Assembly: GCA_023247445.1 (NCBI GenBank)
Contig: JAHFGL010000002.1
Span: 553-64,552, forward strand
Source of the DNA: Candidatus Omnitrophota bacterium
GTDB taxonomy: Bacteria; Omnitrophota; Gorgyraeia; Zapsychrales; Zapsychraceae
Direction of reading: 5' to 3'
DNA: 64,000 nucleotides
The notes below the pieces were generated by a model that made no database searches, was not told the origin of the DNA, and saw only the letters and a program-made list of their open reading frames with translations. Positions 44,070 through 51,908 of the stretch are shown here, one piece after another. Both the position numbers and the translations under genes were made by a program. Every line of letters begins with the position of its first letter. The stretch's first letter is position 1.

Positions 44070-46475
44070 ATGAAGAATAAATATAAATCATTATTGTATA
44101 TTGTTTCAATAATTGTTTTTCTAGTGACGACAAGCTTAAGCAATGTCCAACCGCTTTTTGCTGACCATGCTGAGGAAGATTCAGAAATGATTGTCTTAAC
44201 CAATGGTCTGCTTAATCAAGTTAAACGATTGATGAAGGCCCAAGGTTTAGATAGGCAAAAACAAGTCGAAAGGATCACCAATCAAATTACTAAAAGAAAA
44301 GCCAAGATTGTTGATCTGCTGAAGAAAAACCCTAAACAAGCCTTGCGTCATATTTTACCGGCAAACACTTTATCGAGTTTCCCTCCTGAAATAAGAGAAT
44401 TATTAGAAGTAAATGTCGATTTTACCGGGGAATTAACAACTAGTATCATTAACTTCAATGATGGGACAACCAAGGTGGTGTATTCTTTTAAAAACGCGAG
44501 TGAACCAAATAAGGTTTACGAAATTTATTTTGCCGATAATGCCCCTATTTTACCTTCGGGATCTAAGGTAAGGATTCATGCCAATAAAATTGACACCAAT
44601 GTTGCACTGGTAGGAGGAACAACGGATGTTCAACCTATAGCAGTTACTCCTAACATCGTTACTGGTGAACAAAAAACCATTGTAATTCCTGTTAATTTTC
44701 AAGATAAAGTTTTGGCATGTTCTGATGCAGATATTGCATCTTCTTTTTTTACAAGTGCCAATTCTGTAAAGAATTATTTCTCTGAAAGTTCATATAATAA
44801 TATAAATATCACGGGAGATGTCGCCCCTCGCGTGACAGTCCCTTATAAGAGTACGGACAGTTGTCCCTCTTTTTTTGCGGTGACTGACGCGGCTGATCAA
44901 GCTGTCACAGCGCTGGGAATTAATCTCAACAATTATAATCGAAGGGTTTATGAACTTCCTAAAGCAACTTGCAATTATGCTGGGATAGCAACGATCGGCG
45001 GAAATCCTAGTCGAGCACTTACTTATCTTTGTCAGACCCCGTCTGTCGTGGCTCACGAATTTGGTCACAACCTTGGTTGGTATCATGCCGCGACTGGAAC
45101 TTTGACAGCCCCTATTTCAGAGTATGGGGATACTTCTTGTGTTATGGGATCATCTAGTGCTACTGGGATTCGTCAACCCAATACTCCACATAAAATAGAG
45201 GCAGGGTGGATTCCTGTTGGGCGTGTCAGAACGGTAATAGCCAATCAAACGGAGTCAGCTGATCATACGTACACAATTTATAATTCAGAAAATGGTAACA
45301 CGAGTGAAGTTCAGGCTTTGAAATTTCATAAATCAGATACTAATGAAGATTATTATTTATCTTATCGACATCCAGTTGGTTTTGACACCGTTTTAGCAAG
45401 TCAGTATGCCGATAAAACCAGCATTCATCGTTGGAAGGGAGTTCCTGGGAATCGAACATTTTTTCTTCAATCCCTTTCAGATGGGATGACTTTTGCTGAC
45501 CCGACTAATGGAATTGTTGTTAAGCAATTAAGTCATGATGCGAATGTGTCTGTTGTCTCTGTCGATTTTAGTGGTGGATCACAATGTAATGTTTTCGCCC
45601 CATCGGTAAACATCGCGCCTGTAAGCCAAAGTGGTAGTCATGGACAACAATTATCTTACACGGTTTCGGTTACTAATAATGATTCATCGATTTGTGGTAA
45701 TAGCGTTTTTAATTTAACTTCATCGGTTCCTTCAGGCTGGTCAGGTCAATTCTCGGTAAACCAATTAACCTTAGCGCCAGGAGCTAGTGGTTCAGTTAAT
45801 ATGAACGTTACCTCTAAGGACACAGCGCTTGACGGGGTTTATACTATTACCGTTAATGCAGCGGATCTGATGAATCCAACTCATGTTGCCAGTGCAACTG
45901 CTTCTTATGTTATTTTTGTCTTTGGTGAGGTTCGCGGGCATGTAATAGATGAAAAAACTAAGACCCCGATTGCAGGAGCACGTGTTACCGTCATGGGAAA
46001 AGATGAGTATAACAACAGAATAGCTGTTCGAGTGATGACGGACGCTCAGGGGAATTTTAAAATAACCAATTTACCATCTCCTGCATCAAAATATAGCTTG
46101 AAGATTAGAGCTCAACGCGGGAGAGCTTCCTATCAATTCCAACGGGAATTATGTGTTACAAGCAATGATTCTTCCTTAGGAGATATCGCGGGGAAATTGA
46201 TTCGTTCTGAAAATCCCGCAGGGTATGCCGGAGATAATACTGTCAGTGGATTTTATGGAATATATCAACATAACCTAACTCTATCTGGGAAGGATAGTAA
46301 TGGAAACCCCGTTAAATTAAAAATAATAAGTGATAAAGACGGATACTTTCTATTTGAAAATGTATATTCTGGACAGTACAAGCTAAAAGTATTAGACGCT
46401 CCTGTCATGGGGGGCTTTAGTATAGATGTCGTGGTGAATTCCCAAGATGTTGACTTGGGACAATTGTATCGATGA
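44070..46475 (+). CDS. secreted metzincin-like zinc metalloprotease (HEFGHNLGWYH) with CARDB/NEW-like and two CarboxypepD_reg-like C-terminal domains
   Basis: Signal peptide; HExxHxxGxxH at VVAHEFGHNLGWYHA; C-terminal GEVRGHVIDEKTKTPIAGARVTV... and KIISDKDGYFLFENVYSGQYKLKV beta-sandwich modules. Confidence 0.8.
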   Translation: MKNKYKSLLYIVSIIVFLVTTSLSNVQPLFADHAEEDSEMIVLTNGLLNQVKRLMKAQGLDRQKQVERITNQITKRKAKIVDLLKKNPKQALRHILPANTLSSFPPEIRELLEVNVDFTGELTTSIINFNDGTTKVVYSFKNASEPNKVYEIYFADNAPILPSGSKVRIHANKIDTNVALVGGTTDVQPIAVTPNIVTGEQKTIVIPVNFQDKVLACSDADIASSFFTSANSVKNYFSESSYNNINITGDVAPRVTVPYKSTDSCPSFFAVTDAADQAVTALGINLNNYNRRVYELPKATCNYAGIATIGGNPSRALTYLCQTPSVVAHEFGHNLGWYHAATGTLTAPISEYGDTSCVMGSSSATGIRQPNTPHKIEAGWIPVGRVRTVIANQTESADHTYTIYNSENGNTSEVQALKFHKSDTNEDYYLSYRHPVGFDTVLASQYADKTSIHRWKGVPGNRTFFLQSLSDGMTFADPTNGIVVKQLSHDANVSVVSVDFSGGSQCNVFAPSVNIAPVSQSGSHGQQLSYTVSVTNNDSSICGNSVFNLTSSVPSGWSGQFSVNQLTLAPGASGSVNMNVTSKDTALDGVYTITVNAADLMNPTHVASATASYVIFVFGEVRGHVIDEKTKTPIAGARVTVMGKDEYNNRIAVRVMTDAQGNFKITNLPSPASKYSLKIRAQRGRASYQFQRELCVTSNDSSLGDIAGKLIRSENPAGYAGDNTVSGFYGIYQHNLTLSGKDSNGNPVKLKIISDKDGYFLFENVYSGQYKLKVLDAPVMGGFSIDVVVNSQDVDLGQLYR

Positions 46476-46490
46476 CCTACGGGAAAGATA

Positions 46491-46541
46491 AAATAGGGAC
46501 ACGTACCTTTTCTAAAAAAGGTACGTGTCCCTATTTTATTA
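46491..46541. terminator. bidirectional perfect hairpin terminator (AATAGGGACACGTACCTTTT / AAAAGGTACGTGTCCCTATT)
   Basis: A 20-bp perfect inverted repeat flanked by A/T runs. A related GACACGTACCTTTT hairpin follows the NHL gene at 37372-37420. Confidence 0.75.
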
Positions 46542-46612
46542 ATAAATCTCATCTTTCTTGCTGAAGCATAATGAGGATGATGATATTATGTTTTCATTAA
46601 CTGGGAGCGGAT

Positions 46613-47029
46613 ATGTCTGATCATGTAAAAATTGTCAACCAATACAAAAACATCTTAAAATGTTTCTTTATTTTCATATTTAGTGTCATTTTGTATATGG
46701 CGGTTATTGTTACACAGTCAGAAGAAGTGTTTGTTAACTCAGTTTCCTTTTATATGTTTTTTGGCCATTATCTGATTCTGTTATTTTTGATCTTAACCTT
46801 TGCGATTGTCATCACGGCGCGGCTTTACCGTCTTTCTAAATTACTTTATGAAGTTAATCTGATCAGCCTTAAGCCAACCTTTGTGATGTTGGGATATATC
46901 TTGTCTTTTGCTGCACCACTACTCCTAAAACCTCGCATTGCTATTTGCATTCTGCCCGCAACATTTTTATCCTATCTTATGGCCTTCTGGGTGTTGGGAA
47001 ATAAATATTTAAAGATTTTACCTAAATAG
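46613..47029 (+). CDS. small polytopic membrane protein (138 aa); its last ~24 codons form copy 1 of the 72-bp direct repeat
   Basis: Four hydrophobic segments; ends ...FLSYLMAFWVLGNKYLKILPK. Confidence 0.55.
   Translation: MSDHVKIVNQYKNILKCFFIFIFSVILYMAVIVTQSEEVFVNSVSFYMFFGHYLILLFLILTFAIVITARLYRLSKLLYEVNLISLKPTFVMLGYILSFAAPLLLKPRIAICILPATFLSYLMAFWVLGNKYLKILPK
46957..47029 (+). repeat. 72-bp direct repeat, copy 1 (the native 3' end of the membrane-protein gene)
   Basis: CGCAACATTTTTATCCTATCTTATGGCCTTCTGGGTGTTGGGAAATAAATATTTAAAGATTTTACCTAAATAG. Confidence 0.85.
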
Positions 47030-47105
47030 AAGAGAAGAAGTCGGAAAGTATGACTTGATATACTATTTAACTTGTGGCATACTTTGTAAGGAGGAGGGAA
47101 ATAAT

Positions 47106-47372
47106 ATGACTATTACAAAACTAAAAACCAAGAATCAAATTACAATTCCTGCACTAATCGTCAAGCGCCTGGGTATTAAGCCCAATGAACTATTCTCTGT
47201 GGATATAAAGGATAATTACATCATCTTGATGCCTGTTCATATGGAGCCGAAATATAGTGTTGAGGAATTAAATGCCATCGATGGCATTGTTGAAAAAGAG
47301 AAAAAATCAGCTAAAAAATTAAAAGCAGGAGGAGAATTCTCTAGCTATCTTAAAGGATTGGCTAAGAAATGA
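47106..47372 (+). CDS. AbrB/MazE (SpoVT-AbrB fold) antitoxin
   Basis: MTITKLKTKNQITIPALIVKRLGIKPNELFSV, a swapped-hairpin AbrB-type motif; RBS AAGGAGGAGGG; overlaps the toxin gene. Confidence 0.7.
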   Translation: MTITKLKTKNQITIPALIVKRLGIKPNELFSVDIKDNYIILMPVHMEPKYSVEELNAIDGIVEKEKKSAKKLKAGGEFSSYLKGLAKK

Positions 47373-47656
47373 AATACGTTGTCCCGCTATCCTCTTTTGA
47401 AAGATTCTTCAAGAAACTTAATACCAAGGAGCAAGATTTAGTCAGGGATGGTTTATCCAAATTTAATGAATTCTTGGTGTCAGGGCAATTCTCATCTGGG
47501 CTTGGATTTAAGAAGATTAATCATGATAAATACGAATTTCGAATTAATATCCGCTTAAGGGTTATTTTAAAGCTAGAAGGAGATATCTTTTATTTGGTCT
47601 TAGTTGGCAATCATGATGATGTTAGAAAATATTTAAGAAATTATAGGGGAAAATAA
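47369..47656 (+). CDS. RelE/ParE-superfamily toxin
   Basis: 95 aa ending ...YEFRINIRLRVILKLEGDIFYLVLVGNHDDVRKYL. Confidence 0.65.
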   Translation: MKYVVPLSSFERFFKKLNTKEQDLVRDGLSKFNEFLVSGQFSSGLGFKKINHDKYEFRINIRLRVILKLEGDIFYLVLVGNHDDVRKYLRNYRGK

Positions 47657-47692
47657 TACTCCAAGATTCTGCTTAGCTTTTTTCATTCTTTT

Positions 47693-47764
47693 CGCAACAT
47701 TCTTTCCTATCTTATGACCCTCTGGGTATTGGGAAATAAATACCTAAAGACTTTACCTAAATAA
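47693..47764 (+). repeat. 72-bp direct repeat, copy 2 (an orphan in-frame 3' fragment ...LMTLWVLGNKYLKTLPK*)
   Basis: About 88% identical to copy 1; retains an open frame and the stop codon. Confidence 0.85.
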
Positions 47765-47868
47765 TATTAGTTCTTTCATGAATATCCTGAATATAGTTCT
47801 GTGAAAAAGTCTAATTTATGGTATATTTTTAATAAACGTAGATAGTCACCGACAAGGAGTTAAAGACT

Positions 47869-48093
47869 ATGAAGAAGAATATTTCCATGTCTGAAGTCTT
47901 AAAATTGAGTGTGGCCGAGAGAATTCAATTAGTGGAAGATGTTTGGGATAGTATTGCTGCAATTCCTGAGGCCGTACCATTAACGTCAAAAGAAAAAGCA
48001 GCGCTTGACCTTCGGTTAGAGGCTTATCATAAAAATCCTTCGGCAGGTTCTCCCTGGCGAGAAATTAAGAAAAAGATTCTTTCCCAAGCATGA
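47869..48093 (+). CDS. addiction-module antitoxin (TIGR02574-like, pairs with ParE/RelE toxins)
   Basis: LSVAERIQLVEDVWDSIA...LTSKEKAALDLRLEAY motif; RBS AAGGAG. Confidence 0.65.
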   Translation: MKKNISMSEVLKLSVAERIQLVEDVWDSIAAIPEAVPLTSKEKAALDLRLEAYHKNPSAGSPWREIKKKILSQA

Positions 48094-48260
48094 AGTACTC
48101 CGTTGTTATTCGCCCTGAAGCAGAGGCTGATCTACAAAATACCTTCGAGTGGTACGAAGAACAAGAAAAAGGACTTGGGTTAGAAGAGCACAGGATTGTT
48201 GTTCTTGCTGTTTTACATGTAAGACGACATCCAATACGTTGGAAGAAAAGAACACAATAG
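48090..48260 (+). pseudogene. internally deleted ParE/RelE-like toxin remnant (56 aa)
   Basis: MKYSVVIRPEAEADLQNTFEWYEEQEKGLGLE|EHRIVVLAVLHVRRHP. The N-terminal and C-terminal signatures are present but the ~40-aa middle is missing; ATGA overlap with the antitoxin. Confidence 0.55.
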
Positions 48261-48272
48261 TTTTGTTCTCTC

Positions 48273-48340
48273 CGCAACATTTTTATCTTATGGCCTTTTG
48301 GGTATTGGGAAATAAATACCTAAAAACTATCTCAAAATAA
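48273..48340 (+). repeat. 72-bp direct repeat, copy 3 (...FYLMAFWVLGNKYLKTISK*)
   Basis: CGCAACATTTTTATCTTATGGCCTTTTGGGTATTGGGAAATAAATACCTAAAAACTATCTCAAAATAA. Confidence 0.85.
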
Positions 48341-48538
48341 GAGTTTTTTGACGTAAATCCCTGTTTAAGGCAAAAAAGCAAGGGGGAGGGTTGTTTTTAG
48401 TGTAAGCCCATCAATGGTCAAAGTGCTGGCGAAACATCCTGCGCTTCATGGTGGTGCACGGGCTGTTCTTGTTACTCCGGTTGTGAAATTTTCACAATGG
48501 ATGATGAATAAATAACAGTAGATCATAGTAAATCAAAA

Positions 48539-48580
48539 TCAACCCCAGCGCGAAGTTAGCTCTGGGGTTGATTTTTTTTA
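48539..48580 (+). terminator. rho-independent terminator (CAACCCCAGCGCGAAGTTAGCTCTGGGGTTG + T8)
   Basis: Read directly. Confidence 0.75.
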
Positions 48581-48753
48581 ATCAAAATTAAGGGGCAGTT
48601 TTTAATATAGCTAATTCATTGTAATCAAATAAGTTCTGTCTCTACTAGAAGAAACCGATTTCTTGAGGGTGGATAAACCCTCTTGCGGTTAGGCAAATAT
48701 GTGGCATAGTTATAGTAGAGAAGTGTAGCTGATCTTTATATAAACTAATTTTA

Positions 48754-48986
48754 AACGACAAAGGCAAACCTATCGTAAGGTAGGGACCCCTACTTCGCCA
48801 AATACTTAATGTGTTTGGCTTCGTAGGGCTCTACGAAACTCAATGCGAAAGCAATTGAGCGTAGTAGGGGCAAAGCTAAGGATCCCAATGAGGACAGCCT
48901 GGTTACCGAATCTAAAATCTAGTAGTTTGTTTAAAACCTATCTTTCCGTAGGGAGGGATGGGTTTTCTTTTTTTATAGGAGGTCAA
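48754..48986 (+). promoter_or_regulatory. conserved 5'-leader element, copy C
   Basis: The boxes CGACAAAGGCAAACC, CTTAATGTGTTTGGCTTCGTAGGGCTCTACGAAACTCA, GAGCGTAGTAGGGGCAAAGCTAAGG and AGCCTGGTTACCGAATC are collinear with copy A. The track ORF 48843 runs through it in frame, but the real start with signal peptide is ATG 48987. Confidence 0.6.
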
Positions 48987-51731
48987 ATGAAAAGAATATT
49001 ACTGAGTATCAGTTTTGTGTGGACAGTCATGGCTTCTCTATTATTAGGCCAGGTCGCCCAAGCCTATCAGGATGTTAAAGTAGAAGGTGGGCAATTAGTG
49101 GCGGATTTTGATCACGATGGTCTTTATCATCCCTATTTTATCAAAGGGGTTGATTATAGTCCTTATCCTATCGGCCGTTATCCAAGTGATTTAGGATGGC
49201 CTGACGTTAAAGATCCACGACCAGATAATATTTTAGATGACCCCGCTATTTTGGAAAGAGACTTTAAATACCTTCAAGCAATGCATGCGAATACAATTCG
49301 TATTGTAAAAGGCGATGATACGTCCATGGTTGTTAAGGCCGGTGAGCCAGCTCGTTTTCCTGTCAAATTGACACAGTATACTTTAGATATGGCAAAGAAA
49401 AATGGTTTGAAAGTTATCGCTGGATTTGCCGTCGATAATGAGAAGGTATTAGATTGGAATCTTAATTCTAATAACCCGAAATATTCTGTTCCAATTGATT
49501 TTACGAATGAGGATGTTAAAAAAGATATTAGGACACGTTTTGAAAAATATGTAAGAAGTTTTACAGATACTTCAGCGATTTTAATGTGGGCCTTAGCGGA
49601 TGGAAATAATTTATATATTACGGATCCTAAACAGCTAAAGGCATTTTATTCTTTGATGAACGAATTAGCTGGGATAGCGCATACAGTTGAAACCCAAAGT
49701 GATAGCGTTCACCCCGTCGCATTAATTAATTTTGAGGTGGGAAATCTTGATCAGGTTGCTTTGGGTACAGATGATGTGTCGATGAGTAATATTGATATTT
49801 GGGGAATGAATGCCATGCGCGGGATTTCCTTCGGTAATTTATTTGATGATTATAAAAAGTTTTCTAAGAAACCTTTGTGGTTCGCCACATTTGGTACAGA
49901 TGGGTGGAATACAACTAATCTCAGTAATCCCAAACAAGGGAACGAAGATTCTAAAACACAAGCCAATTGGGATACGCATTTGTGGGATGAAATCGCGGCT
50001 CACAAAGATGTGACCATCGGCGGAACAATTGCTGAATATTCTGATGAATGGTGGCGAGGAGCTGACCCTGATTGTATTCAAAAAGATAAGCAGAATGAGA
50101 AGTGCGCGCTACAACACGATTATTCTGGATTTGGTCCAAAGGAATTAGGCTGTGATATAAAAAATCCATCTGTTTGCGTTGGAAGCCCCGATTATTTTAT
50201 TAACTTAGAATGGTTTGGTTTGATGTCGGTTGAATTGAATCCTGTTAAGTATGGCGCCGATATTTTAAAACCTCGTCAAGCATATACTGATTTACAAGGT
50301 AAATTTGCGTTGGAAAAAATTGAAGGGACCATTCTTGATAAGACCGCTCAGAACAGTGCCAGCGGCTTAAAAGAAGTAGATGTGACTATCGAAGATGACA
50401 ATGGCGAAATTTTACAAACAGTAAAAACTGATGCGAATGGCCATTATGAGAGTAGCCTTTTAAAACATGGCAAGTATTATGTTCGCCCAGTTTTGCCTCA
50501 TTATGCATTTTATCAAAATGGAAAAACGGTCGAGTATTCTGAGGTGGAATACAAGGTTGATCAATCATTTGGACACGTCGATTTTACCGCCATACAAACA
50601 CAACAAATGATCCAAGGGCAGGTTTTGGATGTTGGACTTAATGCTAATCTTGGACTAAGTAATGTTTTCATTAGTGTTACAAGTATAGAGGGGGCATTGC
50701 TGGAGACGGTCTTAACAGATTCGCAAGGCCATTTTAAAACAAGTTATTTTAATCATGGCTCTTATATGGTTCGGCCTCAATTGCGACATTATAGTTTTTA
50801 TCAAGACGGCAAAGCCATTTCCGCCCTTAATGTTGTTTTGAAAGCGGGGGAATTATCAAAGCCGATTTATTTGGAAGCAGCGCAAACGCAGTATCAGGTG
50901 GAAGGAAATGTTGTTGATATTACAGATTTAAGAAAAACAGTGAACCTGGCCCACGTAAAAGTTAATATTATGAGCAATGGTCGACGGGTTGATATTGCCA
51001 GAACCGATGACCAAGGACACTTTAAGTCGATCTATCTGTCGGTGGGTAACTATACATTTGTGCCAGAATTAGGAAAGTATAAATTTTATCCTAAGAAACA
51101 GGATGTGAATATTGCGCGCGGTATTAAACCCAAGGCCATGAACTTTCAAGCGGATCAATTAGTCGCCGCCTTAAGTGGATATGTTTTAGAAAATGGTTCA
51201 GGTAAGCCCATTGTTGGGGCCAAGGTTACCGTTCGCGGCAAACGCCACGCTGATGGTAAGAATATTGTGATGAGGGTTCTTACGGATCAAAATGGTTATT
51301 TCAAAATTTATAATCTGACGGAACCAAAGAAATTATATCGTGTCATTGCGAAGTATCAAAAAGGCACAACGCGGTATAAATTTCCTAAGATAAAGATTAC
51401 GAATCTTGCCTCGCCACTAACGATCGAAGGGGTGCTCAATAAAGAGAAGAAACCTGCAACAGCCGGGGATTTGGATATTATGGGAACCATTACCTCAAAT
51501 GACGAAGAATCTAATGCTGGTCTTTCGGATGTTCAGGTAGTGCTTAAGGAAAAGAAAGGTAATCGCGTGGTTTTGATTACGCGCAGCGATGACGATGGAT
51601 TCTTTACCTTTGAAAACCTTTTGCCAGGCGAATATATAGTGGAAGCCAGTGCCAAAGGTTTCCAATACGACCCCGTCGCACCTATTACACTTGTTGATGA
51701 CATTGATTCATTAGAAATTCATAGAAAGTAG
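48987..51731 (+). CDS. secreted glycoside-hydrolase-like (clan GH-A TIM barrel?) protein with five CarboxypepD_reg-like C-terminal domains
   Basis: Signal peptide MKRILLSISFVWTVMASLLLGQVAQA (RBS GGAGG); FIKGVDYSPYP...WALADGNNLY...LWFATFGTDGW TIM-barrel-like region. The expected NEP/GNE acid reads GNN. Five internal repeats of the type TD.QGHFK...HG.Y.VRP.L.HY.FYQ.GK. Confidence 0.7.
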   Translation: MKRILLSISFVWTVMASLLLGQVAQAYQDVKVEGGQLVADFDHDGLYHPYFIKGVDYSPYPIGRYPSDLGWPDVKDPRPDNILDDPAILERDFKYLQAMHANTIRIVKGDDTSMVVKAGEPARFPVKLTQYTLDMAKKNGLKVIAGFAVDNEKVLDWNLNSNNPKYSVPIDFTNEDVKKDIRTRFEKYVRSFTDTSAILMWALADGNNLYITDPKQLKAFYSLMNELAGIAHTVETQSDSVHPVALINFEVGNLDQVALGTDDVSMSNIDIWGMNAMRGISFGNLFDDYKKFSKKPLWFATFGTDGWNTTNLSNPKQGNEDSKTQANWDTHLWDEIAAHKDVTIGGTIAEYSDEWWRGADPDCIQKDKQNEKCALQHDYSGFGPKELGCDIKNPSVCVGSPDYFINLEWFGLMSVELNPVKYGADILKPRQAYTDLQGKFALEKIEGTILDKTAQNSASGLKEVDVTIEDDNGEILQTVKTDANGHYESSLLKHGKYYVRPVLPHYAFYQNGKTVEYSEVEYKVDQSFGHVDFTAIQTQQMIQGQVLDVGLNANLGLSNVFISVTSIEGALLETVLTDSQGHFKTSYFNHGSYMVRPQLRHYSFYQDGKAISALNVVLKAGELSKPIYLEAAQTQYQVEGNVVDITDLRKTVNLAHVKVNIMSNGRRVDIARTDDQGHFKSIYLSVGNYTFVPELGKYKFYPKKQDVNIARGIKPKAMNFQADQLVAALSGYVLENGSGKPIVGAKVTVRGKRHADGKNIVMRVLTDQNGYFKIYNLTEPKKLYRVIAKYQKGTTRYKFPKIKITNLASPLTIEGVLNKEKKPATAGDLDIMGTITSNDEESNAGLSDVQVVLKEKKGNRVVLITRSDDDGFFTFENLLPGEYIVEASAKGFQYDPVAPITLVDDIDSLEIHRK

Positions 51732-51745
51732 TTTATTGGTTTAAT

Positions 51746-51795
51746 GAAAGCCCTGCTTAAAGTTTGACTAAGTGGGGCTTTCATCTGTTTTAAAT
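51746..51795 (+). terminator. terminator-like hairpin (GAAAGCCC ... GGGCTTTC) with a T-rich tail
   Basis: Read directly; the U-tract is imperfect. Confidence 0.5.
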
Positions 51796-51908
51796 TTGAT
51801 TATTAAATTATTCATTTGTTTGTTGTTCGCCGCGATTATTTCTTTATAATACCCATAAATATATTTTTTAATTGTGCTGCCCTATAATCCTAAAAGGAGA
51901 AAGAGTTT

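Noticed and set aside
43636-44073. ORFs 43636-43851 and 43879-44073 upstream of the metzincin gene
   Set aside because: They sit in an AT-rich promoter region with no RBS and hydrophobic/low-complexity translation. The second runs into the RBS of gene 44070 and contains a hairpin-U7 (CCTATTTCTAGAAATTAGAAATAGGTTTTTTT), consistent with UTR.
46957-48340. The 72-bp repeats as a CRISPR array or classical integron attC sites
   Set aside because: This is not CRISPR: the repeats are 72 bp, 580-736 bp apart, and the 'spacers' are protein-coding TA cassettes. It is not a classical integron: the repeats are direct and coding-derived without the R''-L''/L'-R' imperfect-palindrome layout, and no intI or attI is visible. 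It is kept as an integron-like insertion hotspot only.
48843-48986. N-terminal extension MRKQLSVVGAKLRIP... of the GH-like giant gene
   Set aside because: It is an in-frame translation of the conserved leader element. The signal peptide and GGAGG RBS belong to ATG 48987.
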